Shown here piece by piece: positions 25,931-41,068 of a stretch of 64,000 nt of DNA. This DNA comes from Eledone cirrhosa. Its lineage: Eukaryota. A model generated the notes under the pieces. That model saw only the letters and a program-made list of their open reading frames with translations. It had not been told where the DNA came from and did no database searches. Numbering within the stretch: position 1 is the stretch's first letter; every line of letters begins with the position of its first letter. The stretch spans positions 307,520,001 through 307,584,000 of the forward strand of contig OZ024742.1 of NCBI GenBank assembly GCA_964016885.1. Direction: 5' to 3'. A program made the position numbers and the translations under genes.

Positions 25931-28900
25931 ATATATATATAGCTATATATATTTAGCTATATATATATATATAGGGCGGGTAAAATTCCCGAGATCCATG
26001 GACGTGTTCTCTCCAGCGGTCTCGGTCCCTCATTATCGCTGCCATGTCCTGCGTCTCCAACAGACTAGTGTCTGTCCTTAGGGCTTCAACATATATATGT
26101 GTGTGTGTGTGTGAGGGAGCTTTAGTTGTCTCAAGCTTTAAGGATCTGGGACTAGATTTTCAAATATGCTATTTGCAAGATATTATAACTCAGACGTTTT
26201 CTCGTTGGTTGCTGGATTATTATATTTCCCTGTGGGGAGATTGCTATCCAGTCTTTCTATGACAACTACATGCTATAGATTACATAAGTTAATATCAGTT
26301 AGAGCGGAGGGTAACCTTTATAGCCAATTCATATTGAAGCCATACAAATATAACGAACATATTTACCGGTCAGATTTGTAGTTACAATAGTAATAGAATA
26401 TACGTTTTCTGTTCTAATTGTTTCTTCTCGTATTTATCCTCTGGAGTATTGATTTTAATGAAACACTAAATTGAATCTTTGGTGATATAAACTTCAAAAG
26501 AAATTTCGGAACAAACAAATAATCATAATTAACCGTTTATTTATCTAAATAGGTTATGATAATTCATGTCTTTTTCTTATTCTTTATATTTTTTATTGTA
26601 TTTGATGCTCATATATTTTACTCCAATTTCAAACAACACAATTATTGTATTTACATATTTTAATGTTTAAGGAATATAATTAGATAAACATTGTTCATTA
26701 TAGATGTCTTGTATAGAAATGAAATTACTTGTTTTTCAGTATATTGTTTACCAGGTTCGTATTCCTCCAATATATATGAAAAATATGAATTATGAATTAC
26801 GGAACTATAACTGTGTGTAAACTGTATATTACATTAATGATACCTATCTTTAGTTTAACAGAAAACCGTTGGGTAAATGAGAATGATTTGGTTATTCCTG
26901 TTTTCAGAATTTTGTTTGTGGCTTATTAAGACACTGGTGTACGTAAACTACCCTTTTTCCTTTGTTTTGTTTATAAATCAATTGTTTATAAATCACTATT
27001 ACTGATTTGGCAATCGTTTTGTGTAGCACTAGTAATGTATGAAATATTAAATCTAATTGTAGTTTTAATGAACTTCATATTAGGCCATTTAAACAGAAAA
27101 TTTAAACAGAAATATATAAATCTATAAAAAAAACTATTAAGAATTCAGAAAATGTAATCTTGGGTTCAAATTTCGCTCTAGCGTTAAAAAATGTCGGATA
27201 ATTGTATCTATTAAAGTAGGGAAAGTGTCCTTAAATCAGTATGGAGTCGTACGGTCGCCGTCCTGGCAAGTGCGTGTCAGGGGTATTTTACACATGGCAG
27301 AGCCTACCCCTCTCCAAGTCGGAACAGCTGATTTCTTCTAGAGAAAGAAAGGCAGAGTACAAGAGAGAAGGAATAGAATCGATCCTAGTTCTGAACTAGT
27401 ACTGTAATTATCGACCTTAAAAAGATGAACGGCAAAGTTGATCTCGATGAGATTTGAACTCAGAGTGTTGTGAGCCGGGACACATAAAGAAATATGTTTA
27501 ATCCAACGCCCTATTTAATCCAACGCCATATATTTGAATTTCTCTAAATCGTCAAAGTGATATGTTATAAATTTCAATGTCTGGGGTACATTACAGAAAG
27601 AATTGAATCTGAAGATAAACATTTAGATTTTAAAATTATAAACTGATGAAGAACCTCTTTACGTTTCAGAATTGATGAATAGTCTGTCTGTACATAATTC
27701 GTTTCGCATTAGATTAATGCGATAAAAAGACAAAATCTCATCTGGGGTTATATATCATACATTACATCTATGTATGAACTCATAATTCCTGGTGGAATCG
27801 TAGGAGCGCGGTAGTGACATACAGCTGTTTTCTTCACGTGAAGGAGAGGGACATTGAGAGAGAGAAAGTAAGAAGGAGATATAGAGGAGGAATCGACTCT
27901 AATACTCGACTAGTACGTTTTATTGATCTCGAAAGGATGAAAGGCGAAGTTAACCACAGTAGGATTTGAACTCAGAAATAAGAGAGCCGGAAAGAATACT
28001 GCAAAACATTCTATCCGACCTTCTAACGACTCTTATAATTCTCCGCCTGTATTACACATTAAGTGTAGTCAAATGGAGAGAAGGCACTTGACCTAGTGGT
28101 TAGGGTGTTCGCCTTAGGGTCGTAACGTCATGTGTCCGATTTGGTGACTAGTTGTGCCCTTCAATAGGACATATTAATCCACGTTGCGCCAGGCCACTCA
28201 GCCGGTAAATTTAAGTTGTCTTGTAATTTGTTACACAATGTGACAGGGTAAATCTCCCTGAGAACAAGGTTACGACTCCACATATCCGTGGAATGCTCAG
28301 CCACTGAATTTCAGGAGCAAGTAGTTCTGAGCAGTATTCGAACTCACTATTTTCAGAACACACATAATCAACCGGTAAGTAGATGATTCTAATAGCGCTT
28401 GACAATAGGCTAAATTTGCATAAGTTGCATAAGACATATCTGTTAAAAACTTCATATTAAGTTAGAATGAATTTGCTAGATATAAATATTGTACGGGTAA
28501 TGCATTATAATTGAATTTAAAGATAAGATATATAACATATATATGTGATAATATTTCCCTGGCTTCATGTTCTAATCGAATGAATTATGCAGCAGTGGCG
28601 TGTTTATAAAATAAATTAAAAGTATAAATATGATTTGAATGTTCGGTGCTAAAATAAATATTAGGTGCTTAATTATCAATTTAAATAAAAAGAGATGGAT
28701 TACAGTATTAAATATAAAGCGATAAATTAAAATCCATTAAAGTTAAATTAGGTAGAGGTAAAGAGGTATAGATATCTTTAAGATGCTATGAGATTAATTT
28801 AAGAAACTGATGGCTGGTATTCGTTTTGCTATATGTGATGCAAACGTTCAGATCTGATTAAAATATTAAGCTTAATTGAGAAATTTGATAAACAAAGTCC

Positions 28901-29240
28901 ATTTATAAATACTTATATAATAAATATGTATATATTATATATTATATAAGATCTGTGTCATCATATCACACGAGTATGGTACTGAGTACATCTAGATATG
29001 TTTCCCTCTTACATTGGCATAAAGCCAGAAAATTATGAGAAGAGGAAAGTTGATGATATCGAATCCAGTACTTCATTGGCACTTTAATTTATCGAACTCG
29101 GAAAGATAAAAGGCAATATTGAACCCAACGTGATTGGAATCCAGAACGTAGAAATCCTTAACTACATACCACGGTGCATTTTGTCCTCCGTTCTAACCAT
29201 ACTGACAATAAATTATCACCCCAAAAGTGCTAGATATAAT

Positions 29241-29597
29241 TGTTTCTACTTTTGGCACAAGGCCAACAATTACCCAGTGCATTACTGGTACTTTATTTTA
29301 TCGACCCCGTAAGGATGAAAGGCAAAGTTAACCTCGGCGGGATTTGAACTCAGAATGGCAAGGGCCGTAACTCTATGCGTCAAAGCATGGCGTCCGACCC
29401 TCTACCGATACTGCCAATCCACCGCCACAAAAAGTGCTAGATATAATTGTTTCTACTTTTGGCACAAGGCCATCAATTACCAAGTACATTACTGGTACTT
29501 TATTTTATCGACCCCGTAAGGATGAAAGGCAAAGTTAACCTCGGCGGGATTTGAACTCAGACCGCAAAGGGACGTAACTACCAATACTACCAATCCA
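29241..29597 (-). mobile_element. Two tandem SINE family B copies (29241-29426; 29448-29597, internally deleted)
   Basis: Both match the 10909 copy. Target sequence (AAAAG)TGCTAGATATAAT is present three times (29223, 29430, 29598). Confidence 0.9.
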
Positions 29598-30138
29598 TGC
29601 TAGATATAATGATACATAAACATTAATTTAATCTCATCCCCTCCTGGCGAGAGAAACAGGAAGGAAACAATGTTGACAACTGTATTCCACTAGTTTAAAA
29701 CTTGTATATTTTATAACTGTAATAGAATACGTTATATTACGCTCTATGTTGGACCATACTGAGCACCCAGAAGCTATTATATACAGTAACACATACATCG
29801 ATAAATATACATTAAAATGTACATATATTGTACTTGAAAGAATACTTATCCATCTCTTGAGCCAACTAATTAAATTTATTTTCTCTAGATAAATTCAAGG
29901 TCTGTCCTCGATGATATGTTCAGATATTCATCGTTGCAGTTTGGAGTGGTTCAACAGTATTTAATTTAAAACTAACTATCCATAAACAGTTGCTCTTATG
30001 GACTTTTCTAACCAAAAATAAATAACCACCATTAACAGAACTGAATCTTTTCTCTACTGAAGATGTTAAAGAATTTTATAGCACCATTTGTTCGAATGCA
30101 TATATATATATTTACTTGAGTGTTATTTCCTATTAAAG

Positions 30139-30324
30139 GGCGGTGGATTGACAGTATCGGTAGTAGGTCGGACGCCATGCTTTGACGCATAGAGTTACGG
30201 CCCTTGCCATTCTGAGTTCAAATCCCGCCGAGGTTAACTTTGCCTTTCATCCTTACGGGGTCGATAAATAAAGTACCAGTAATACACTGGGTAATTGCTG
30301 GCCTTGTGCCAAAAGTAGAAACAA
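30139..30324 (+). mobile_element. tRNA-derived SINE, family B, full length
   Basis: GGCGGTGGATTGACAG...GAGTTCAAATCCC...; 16-bp TSD TTATTTCCTATTAAAG at 30123-30138 and 30325-30340. Confidence 0.9.
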
Positions 30325-33300
30325 TTATTTCCTATTAAAGAGGAATTATCTTTCAATCGTTAAACATTACCTTTCCAGCCATCCGGCTGAGGCCATGCTG
30401 GGGCACCGCCATATTTGTTTGGTGGCTCACCACTGGATAGATACATGGCATTATCTTTTTTTTAATTAAAAAAATGTCAAACAGAATCTATGCGTTTTTA
30501 TATGCACTAACTATTTTAAAACAAAATAACTATCATGTTTGTATTCTTTAAGAATTATTCGGTGTTAGTAGTTGTCGAGAAATAAATACAGCGTTAATAC
30601 TGCTTCAATAACAACAGGAGATTTAATAAGAAAGATTTAAAATTTTTGTGACAATGAACTTAACTTTATTTACAGTACAATGAATGCAATATATAACTAT
30701 AGTAAAAGCAGAATGCATTTAATTTGAAATTGTATTTGTTTATAAAATGTATTTCGTTATTAATCCCTTTTTCTTCCGTTGACCGAATCGTTACACTGAG
30801 AAAACTATATTATCTATTTTAAAACATGTAGTGTATGTAAATACATTTAGTATATTTTTGACTAGATTTTATTTTAGTTTTCATTTAAAAATGAATATAT
30901 GATTAAAATGAAAAATGTTATCTCCTAAATCCTCGGCTCAAAGTCCTGCTTACTAGCATATACTCAACTAAGACATCAACAAAGAACATCGTTACTTCAA
31001 ACAATTTTGCTATTGGCGTGTAATTTGTTTGACTTCATCACCTGAAGTCTGAAATACAATATTAAACCGAAATGGATTATCCGAGGAGAAAGTAGCAAAT
31101 AAATTAAACAGCAAGTTATAAAATAAAATGAAATAAAACAGACGTAGAAAAAATACTGAAAGCATCATAAATTTCCTTTTGGAAACATGGTTTAACTTCT
31201 TAGCTTGTTAGCTTCGGCTTGATATCTCTTTGTTTTTCTTCATCTACTACTTAAGAGATATGAAGTTGTCTTCGACTTAATGAGCATGACTTTGATTCTT
31301 GAATTGATTCTTTTCCAGTACTTCATACTTTTATCTCCATTCCTTTTTGATCTTTTTCTTCCATTATCAGTTCTTCTGGTTTACGATTTTATCGTCGTAG
31401 TTTCACATCATTCAACCATATTGATTTAACAAAGGAAAATCTACGCAAAGCTCTCTTTTTCACTCGAAAAAATCGAGATCAAAGCATAAATAGTTACTCA
31501 GTTCTATAATATTGATTTGATGTGAAGTTCTAACAATATTTAACACGAAACATGATACCTTTACCACCAAGTAACTGGTGCATTCTTAATGTCAACTTTT
31601 TAATACTATTATTCAAACAAACTACAAAACTAAAGTAAATGTTCTACTCTAGGGTGTTTTATTAATATTGATTCCAGGCATAGACCGCAACTTGGGAAGC
31701 TGGATATAATTGATAAAATTGACTCCACTACTTTACTTGTACTTTATTTTATTGATGCAAAAATGATAAACGTCAAAGTAGACCTCGGTAAAAGTTGAAC
31801 TAAGAAATTAAAGGCTCTAATTAAATACCACTTTGTATTTTGTGTGACGCTCAAAGGATTCTGCCACACAACTGGCGTTTATTTTAAATTGGGAATATTA
31901 ATAATAATTTCCAAAGTTGCGGGATAGTATAGTCGCTTAAATTCATCCGCGGCCTACAAGAGGTAATAATGTTATTGATCAACAATGAACATAATCGGTT
32001 GTAACTAAATACGGAAAACCAGTTTTGTGTCGACTAAAGGAAACGGCTAATCTCCTACGTTTTATTCACTAATAATATTAATATAAATGTCTATATCTGT
32101 TGTCGCCAGGCAGTCCTTTCACAAGTTCTTTCTCCTCGCTAAGTCTTTTTTACGCCACTACAATAACCGCGGAGCTCTACTGTGAATCTATCACATTTCC
32201 CACCCAAATTTTAGCTAACCGTCCAGACCCACCACCATTAACCATTACACGCAGTCTATCTTCCCCAAACCATCTGGAATTTCATCACTGTCTATGTTTT
32301 TTTTCTGTCACCATCATGTTGCAACAACTTAAATGGAACATTAACTAAGTTACACACACTGACCTCGGAAAGTTTATGAATGTCATGGATAGGCTCTGAT
32401 CACCGGAGAAAATTTATTAAAAAATCACATTAAGGTTACACATAAATGACATGGCTTGAATCAGGATTAATAATGATTAATATGAGGTTCCCGATGATAA
32501 CAACAGCATAAACAACAACAAAACAACATTATATTCAGTGCAATCCCATTCACTCGGACCCTGCTCGCTTCTGTCACCCACTTTTCAACAAACAGGTTGA
32601 AAGTCAGCATTTTCCTCTCCTCTTTGATTTTTCTCTTCAGATTTCACCTGAAGAAGTTAATTAGGATTTCATCAAAGAGGAAAGTATTTATCTTCAAACC
32701 TTTCAAGCGCGTCCATCACACGATCTCTTTCGCCATGACCACCAGGCAGGTAAAATCTGCCTGCCCTTCTGATCTTCACAACAGACTCAGTTGATAGTCA
32801 ACAAACAATTTACCGAACAACAATATATCTCTTTGACTAAAAGAAAAGTGGATGAAATATCTTTACATAAAAACTTGCGAATAGAGATGTTCAGAATATT
32901 GAAGACGAGAACAGAAAGTAATATGTGAATTGCAAGCAGATACAATCATTTTAATAATAGATGAATTGAGAGCAGGTACAATCTCTATAGGAATAATTAG
33001 TTAAAGGCTTCATATATGATATTAGTAAAAGCGTCTTAACGTTAAGGACGTTAATCCTTCAGGGACATGAGCTTATAAGCATGTTACTACCTTTCCTTCT
33101 ACTGGTGGAAAGGAATTAGTCAAATTAAGTGAATTTCCACAACCGGCAACTGAATTTGAATTGCAGCCCAAACATTACGACACTTTCTGAACTTTGTTAT
33201 TTAAAAAAGAATTATACATTTCTTTCGTAAAATGTAGTCAAGTTTGTCTTATACATAAAGCTTACTCTGTTATACGATTAATCGTATGCTATTATTGATG

Positions 33301-33736
33301 CTATATATATAGAAAGAAAGCTCTGCTAAAATCCTAAATAGATTGGAAAGTAAGCTCCTTTAAATTTCTCAAAGCATTAATTTCTACTTTGATTACTCAA
33401 TTCCCTCTAGCAACTGAGATAGGTGATTAATTACAGCAGCATATTTCAATGATGGTCCATACAATTGTTAATTAGATGAGAACAGTTCTTCATAGTTCAG
33501 TTCAATTGTATTATATACCGCTAATTAATTACGAGAATAATACATTGGATTTCGTTATTTACAGAACGTCTCAGGCCGTCCTTAATACTGAATAAAAGAG
33601 AATGTCGTAGAAAATTAGTTGGTCTCCGGGGAACACTATCAACTATTTCTATGCGGGGTTGATAAAATTTCCTTTAATTTACGTTGGCAATCTCTGAAAA
33701 GAAGGAATGACATTGATACAAATTACCAATCTCTCC

Positions 33737-33775
<39 letters not shown>

Positions 33776-33924
33776 ATAATAAAATACTTGAGTGCATTAA
33801 AGTTAAACACACTCGTCGTATTAGAGAAATGACAGTATAAGATATAGCTCAATGTTATCCAACAGAGCCGAAAAATTATATAAAAAATAAACAAAGAAGC
33901 CTTTAATTCATCAAAAATCTTTAT

Positions 33925-33969
33925 TTGCTGACAGTGTTTCGTCCCATTAATAAGGACTCATCAGAGCAA
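33925..33969 (-). ncRNA. Canonical type I hammerhead ribozyme
   Basis: Reverse complement: TTGCT-CTGATGA-GTCC-TTATTAATG-GGAC-GAAAC-ACT-GTC-AGCAA then ATAAA. Perfect core, GUC triplet, stems I and II perfect. Confidence 0.92.
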
Positions 33970-34620
33970 GGAAAAAGACAAGAAGTATTAAAGGCCAGAA
34001 CAAGCCAAAACTCAGAAGAACAGCTAATGGATATTTATGAAAATTTGGGAAAATTATCATGGAAAGACATGCTAAATCTAATATGGTGCATTTGTAAATA
34101 AAGACTATAGGGAAAGAGAGCAGGCAAGACATTAAACAAACCCACGTTAGAAGTACAATATAAGTCTAATAGTAGAAATACAACATAGTAATACAATGTG
34201 AGAATTATAATATACAATACAATACAAAAGATAATACAGAAATAAAACTTAATATATATATATATATATATATATACATCCACACTCACTCTAAAACATA
34301 TATATACACGTTTACACATACACATAATAACACAAATATAAATATAAGCATTATAATAGAATAATCACCCTGACGGTGTGATTAAACAATACCAAAATCA
34401 ATGAAAATAATATATTGACATTAAAAAAATATATAAAAATTCATCCCACGTATCATGTAAAGTCAACTAAATGTGTATAAAAATATAATGTATTTCACAG
34501 GGTAAAAAATAATAATAATACCATATAATAATATAAAGTCTGGTGGAAAAATATATATAAATATATATAATAGACAATAAATATACGGAGATATAGGCAG
34601 TTCAAATCCATATAAAACTA

Positions 34621-34824
34621 CATATTAATATTTCAATACCGGACACATACTTATAATTCAAATACATATAATATAACATTATATATTAACATTAATATTT
34701 CAATAGCAGACACAAATCCATATAATATCACATATTAATATTTCAATACCGGACACATACTTATAATTCAAATACATATAATATAATATTATATATTAAC
34801 ATTAATATTTCAATAGCAGACACA
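34621..34824. repeat. 110-bp tandem duplication in PLE 3' UTR
   Basis: CATATTAATATTTCAATACCGGACACATAC...TAGCAGACACA at 34621 and 34731. Confidence 0.85.
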
Positions 34825-35578
34825 CATAGCAAGGGAAAAAGCTTAAGACATATTTACACGATAAATCCAAGGACACATGTGACAGATGATAGGGAAGACA
34901 GACAGCAAGTGGTAGCAAAGCAAAACGAAAACAAAAAACAAACACAAACACAAAATCACGTAGGCGCAACAAACGGTTAGGTGAAAATAGAAGATAATAC
35001 TATTCTAAATCAAAAAATTGAATTGAAACCCTTTTTAATTTAATTAATCTTAAAATAGTTGAATAAACATTATGGGTCACTTCATATGGAATAAAATCTA
35101 AGTCATCAATGTCGATAGAGATCAAGATATTTCAATAAATGAGCTAATATATTTATCGAAGATATGTTAAAATCCGTCGTGACGACTTACGTTATCCAAA
35201 GTAAAAACTCCAATTAAAACTATGGTAGACAAAGGGGAACAGAAAGAAGTGAAACTACGGAGGACAAGAAGGAACATAAAAGTATAATATATATATATTC
35301 AATAAGGCGAAGATTAAGTGTAGAAAGGATGAGGTTCATTAGCCTAAGATGTAGGAGACCAAAATTAAACTATTCAATAAGATACACTCCAACCAGGGAT
35401 GAAAATAAAGATAGGAATATATAAGTCGACAAGGAAGAGTAAAAATGTAAAATGGTCAAGGTGATAAATGGGCTAAAACAGCTAAGAAAACTAGAAAAAC
35501 TAAAATCAATAAACCGTAGAAAACTAATAATAATAATAATGAATTAAAAAAACCCAAAGTGATAAGGAATCAAAGCAG

Positions 35579-36895
35579 CTAATGTATACGGTTTAAACTA
35601 CCTGAGCTTTTAGGTTTATAATAGAAAAAGGAATTAGAGATAGCATGCGGACAGGAAGAAAATATTTCAGATTTTCTATTAAGCAATACGTTCCTAGAGA
35701 AAATTATAGAATGGGTCTCTAGAATACAAAGATTACAGAATTTAGCGTGGGTAGAAAGGTGATTACAGTGGGCTACAATACGCCAATGCAGACTGTACGG
35801 TATACCAGTCCCTTTTTAATCCCAAATATGGTGTGCCAAAGAAGTTGAGTTCTTAAATTTGATATGCTTAAAACTAGAGACATGTGAATTAAATCTAGTT
35901 TTAAAAGTATTAGATGTGGATCCTATATATGTTTTACAAGAAGAATTAGTCTTAACATCACATGCATAAATAATATTCCTAGAGAGGCAGTGACCATTTA
36001 AAGGGCATCTATTACTTAATCTACAATTACACTTACGGGTACTAGTTATTACCTGATTACGCGAAGTAATATTCCTAGGGTTATTAGACAACAAGACCTG
36101 CTCGGGTGGTAAGTTATTAATAGAACTATCTAGATTGGTGGTAAGTAAAGAGCAGTAGCTGTCCCTAATTTTCTTATTATTAGTGTTAGCTAGATGTGAA
36201 CTAATGTTAGGGGTAGTAGAAAATGAGAGTTTAATTACATTCTTATTAAAGATACTATGATATTTATTAGCAGGAGGGAAATTTTTCTCTAAAATAGAAA
36301 AGAAAGACCTAGGGATATTAGTTAGTACATCATAGTTATAGGGTGGGTTAAAGTAGGTATTAAGCTTTCTCCTATTCTTACCTTTACTATTTCTATTACG
36401 TATCTTATTTATAGGATCAGGGTTTATGTGAGGACCAATTGAATTAACACTAATAGAAACCGCTATAACATTATCACTGGGTGTACGTTCAGAGCGTCTA
36501 TCCTGTTCATTAAAACTAATCTCAAAATGTGTACCATTAGACACACTATTATAATTACTATTGCGGTTGTTATACATAGGGTTCGGTTTGGATATATTTA
36601 TAAGATTTCTATGGTTCCTATGTTTTCTACCCCCATTAAAGGCCATATTGTGGGATATCACGTTATTATAGGTAATCGGAGTCGTTTCAAGGTTGTCATC
36701 TTTATAATGTAATCTACCAGAGTAACCAGAGTTAGCTAGGGCATTATTATAATAATAATAATACTCAGCATGTGAATTAAAAATTCCTATATCCTTAGAG
36801 AGTGTGGAGATTCTATTAGATACACCGTTAATAATAGAACTAATCATAGATTTTAGGGTGGTTGGAATTAGGATTAATGTAAGAGAGTGTATCAT
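35579..36895 (-). pseudogene. PLE RT-thumb + GIY-YIG fragment with one nonsense codon
   Basis: RISTLS, YFNPPY, CNCRLSNRCPLNGHC, IIYAC..YIGST..FKTRFNSH. After TAA at 35816 the same frame continues ..HWRIV..CNLCILE..LLNRKSEIFSSCPH to TAG at 35579. Confidence 0.88.
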
Positions 36896-37082
36896 TTGGC
36901 TTGTGTGTATGTGTTTATGTATTTTGTATATGTGTATATATATGTGTGTATATATGTGTATATATGTGTATGTAGATGTGTTTGTATATGTTTGTATATA
37001 TGTGTATATTTATATGTATGTATGTTTGTATATATGTATGTATATATATGTGTATATAAATGTATATGTGTATGTATGTATA

Positions 37083-37160
<78 letters not shown>

Positions 37161-37180
37161 AATATGTGTATATGTATGTG

Positions 37181-37267
<87 letters not shown>

Positions 37268-37296
37268 ATGTGTATGTGTGTGTATATGTATATATG

Positions 37297-37327
<31 letters not shown>

Positions 37328-37366
37328 GTATGTATGTATGTATGTGTATGTATGTGTGTATATATG

Positions 37367-37398
<32 letters not shown>

Positions 37399-37454
37399 TG
37401 TATATATATCTGTGTATATGTATGCATATGTATGTGTGTATGTGTATATATGTG

Positions 37455-37532
<78 letters not shown>
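36896..37532. repeat. (TA)n/(TG)n compound microsatellite
   Basis: Direct reading; separates two back-to-back PLE fragments. Confidence 0.95.
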
Positions 37533-37535
<3 letters not shown>

Positions 37536-38822
37536 GAAGGACGCACTTACTTTTGCCAGGAATTTTACCTTCCTATACCATGATGGATCTTACTGGATCA
37601 ACAAGAAGTCTCAGACCCCATTTGACGTCAGCATGGGAGCGAGTGGCTCGGCTGAAATTAGCGACCTTGTGGGCCTGTACATTATACACCACCTGAAGAA
37701 CCACTTTACTGGCCTAACCGGAGGTTTATACCGAGACGACGGCCTCTTCGCTCTGCACAAGGTTAACCCCAGAACCACCGATGGGTTTCGGAGAAACTTA
37801 AGCTCGTTCTTAAGCTCGTTCTTCCGTAATCTAGGATTTTGTATAACTATAGAATCTAATATGATTAGGGCCAACCTTTTAGATGTCACTCTCAACCTAG
37901 ATACTTCCCCCTATTACCCGTACCACAAACCTAATGAGTCCCTTATATATATATTAATGTTAATTCTAACCACCCCAAAACATCACTGATAACTTAGTAA
38001 AAAGCGTCTCTATTAGAATCTCTGGCCTCTCTGCGAATGAAGATATTTTAACGCCCCTGCCTCCTACTACTATGACGCCCTCGCCCACATCGGATTTAAA
38101 AAAAAGATAACCTACCTAGAATCCACCGCAAGACTGCATTGGAGGAATAGGCATAGGCAGATTAGCTGCTCAAACCCTCCCTTCAATAGTGAGGTCTCTA
38201 CACCTATAGCTAGGATTTTCTTCACTTTGCTGAACACACACTCCCCATACAACATAGGTACTACACCATCTTTAATAAGAACACAATAAGACTCTCCTAC
38301 TCCACCACACCTAACCTAGCTAGGAATATAGCCAATCACAATTTAAAAAAATTAAATAAGCCAACCACCTCCGAACCCAATACCCGAACTGGGGCCTTGT
38401 GTAATTGCCTAAATAAGGAAGCCTGGCCACTTGAAAACAAATGCCTGACAAATGATATCGTATACAAATGCGATGTCATCTCAGGCACCGATGATTGCAA
38501 CAACAAAAAGACTTACATTGGCATGACTTCCAATAACTTTAAGACCCGTTGGTATGCCCATACCACCTCTTCCAGGAGACCGGACAAATCAAACCAGACA
38601 ACCATGGCCTCCTATGTTTGGGACCTCAAAAGGAACTCCACCCCCTTCACGCTTAAATGGAAAATACTCCAGAAAGCGCGCTCATACATCGGAGGACACA
38701 AGTGCTTCGACCTTTGTATCTCAGAGAGCTACACAATTTTATTCGCAAAGGGCCCGCTACTGAACAAACCCTCTGAACACTGCCCGAACTGCATGCACAC
38801 AAACTTTGCAACTTTCAAATAA
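37533..38822 (+). pseudogene. 5'-truncated, frameshifted Hydra-like PLE (RT + GIY-YIG), a third family
   Basis: [42 protein letters not shown]; then CNCLNKEAWPLENKC, IVYKC..YIGMT..FKTRWYAH, KW..CFDLCISE..LLNK..CMH. More C-rich than the 42969 family. Confidence 0.9.
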
Positions 38823-39198
38823 CTTAAGCCAGTGTTAATGCCCGATAGCTAAAAACGGCTTCCCCCTTGTTTTTTTTAAACGCCAGCCGACAAAATAGCC
38901 CCTCTACCTCCTTCCCACCCCGCCCCTGCCCCTCCTCGACCTGAAACACGGCACTATGGTTATGTAAGTATCTCTTACCTATCTGAATTTTCTGCTTGTA
39001 GAGCTGTTTTTATGTGCCTGTGTATATGTGTATATTTATGAGTACATGTTTGTATGTATTTGTATGAGTGGCCGCTCGTTTGTATGCATATCGCTGTGTG
39101 TACGTGCGTTCACGTGTACCTGCATTTGGGAATGTTTGTGTATGTTTGTGTGTGTATGTATGTATATAGATATATCTATCTATATATATATGTATGTG

Positions 39199-39278
<80 letters not shown>

Positions 39279-39279
39279 G

Positions 39280-39312
<33 letters not shown>

Positions 39313-39344
39313 TATGTGTATGTGTATATATATATATATATATA

Positions 39345-39420
<76 letters not shown>

Positions 39421-39553
39421 CATGGAAAGTTATATTTAAAATTGTTGGGTTACAACTAGTAAATATTTATAACTGATATAAAAGCACTCGACAAATATTT
39501 GGAGTATATTTACAATATTAAATAAATGGAAACTATATTTATAAAACCATATT

Positions 39554-39619
39554 TATTTCATTATATATATTTCGGGGATATCATATTAACAATATGCTAT
39601 GCCTTCCTCAGACAAAATA
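39554..39619 (-). ncRNA. Type I hammerhead ribozyme (mirror of 46651-46716)
   Basis: Exact reverse complement of the HHR in the right arm. Confidence 0.75.
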
Positions 39620-41068
39620 CAATATAAACAGTTTTATAGATAAATAGATTCGACATACCGTTATAACACCGACTTCCATTTGAAGAGGTTTAAACTGGCA
39701 GTGAAAAAATTTTACACAGAGAGAAAGAAAGAGAGAAAAAAAGAGAGAAAAAAGAAAGAAAGACAGAAAACGAAGAAAAGGAAGAAAAAGAAGAAATGCA
39801 TGGAACAAAATAGAGAGATGGAAAGATAGATAAAGCGAAGAACTTCATGTAAAGAAACAGAAAGAGATATATATATATAGAGAGAGAGGAAATAGAGATA
39901 GATACATATATATATATAGAAAATTAGGTAGTGGGAGGTCATTTTGAGTAAATGTATCAATGATACATTTATTTATTTATTTATTTATTTAGCTCAAGTA
40001 TTAATGTAAGGGAGATATATATATAGAGAAAAAATATATAGAGAGAAAAAATAGCGAGAGAAAAAAAAATTAAAAAATAGCCAGATATATTCGAGGCGTA
40101 AAAACCCTATGTTTTAATGTATTAGTATTTATAAAACTTACACTATATTGTTGATATCAGTATTCCTGAATGAGACAAGTATCCATAGTGTGTGAAAATT
40201 AATTATCTTATGTTTAGTTTTTTAAAAAAATTCATATGTTTATGTGACAGCTACAAACATCCATGCGAATCCACATGATTCACTCTGCAAACTCTAAGTT
40301 CACGGAAAACATTCTCAATGTGGTATAAAAATTTGAGCATACATATATGTGTATTATTATTCCTGTCTTTACTCTACAAGATTATCTATCAAGCAGAAAT
40401 AGAGAGCAGATTTCAATATACTAATAAAAATATATATCAGAAACAAAACTAAAAAAATAAAAAGATAACAATAATAATAATAAGTAAAAATAAGTAATAA
40501 TAAAATAGAAAACTAAAAAAATATTACGAAAGAATATTACATAATAAAAATATTACATATTAAAAATATTACGTATTAAAATATATTACGTATTAAAAAT
40601 TTACATATTAAAGATATTAAAAATAAAAATAAAAAATAAAAAATATTATAAAATATATTATAAAATACTACAATAATAAAAAATAAAAATAAAAATAAAA
40701 ATAAAAATAAACCACAAAGATCAACCCTTCAAAGTTAATTGACAATATATTGCCAAGTTCATTACAAGACAAAGCCAAAAATTATCTATCAAATCACATC
40801 TAGCAAAGATCAATTCAAAAAGTTTATGACGTCCAATTTGGTCTACATATGTTCTTATATTTAATATAGAAGTTTATCTAGTGTAAGGTTTATTCAAAAT
40901 ATTTGGAGCATCAGCTTTTAGGGTAGCTTAATTTTTCATGAGGAATGTTTAAATAAAAATAAAATAAAAATAAACAATAAAAAAAGAATAAAAAGAAGGA
41001 ATCAAAAATTTAGGAATCAAAAATTTATCGGCTAGTTTCCCATATAAATATAAATCAAACTAAATATA

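Larger units (their letters stand above)
33770..36895 (-). mobile_element. 5'-truncated Hydra-like PLE with long 3' UTR and HHR
   Basis: RT-thumb/EN ORF at 35579-36895, ~1.6-kb UTR, canonical HHR at 33925-33969, (TA)n at both ends. Confidence 0.8.

Noticed and set aside
32645-32700. CTGAAGA...GAAA as a hammerhead
   Set aside because: No convincing stem I or II.
36804-37583. Long YIYI/VCVC/HTHT ORFs here and at ~1700, 15650, 39000, 46700-48850 and 53100-55900
   Set aside because: Translations of dinucleotide microsatellites; no coding signal.
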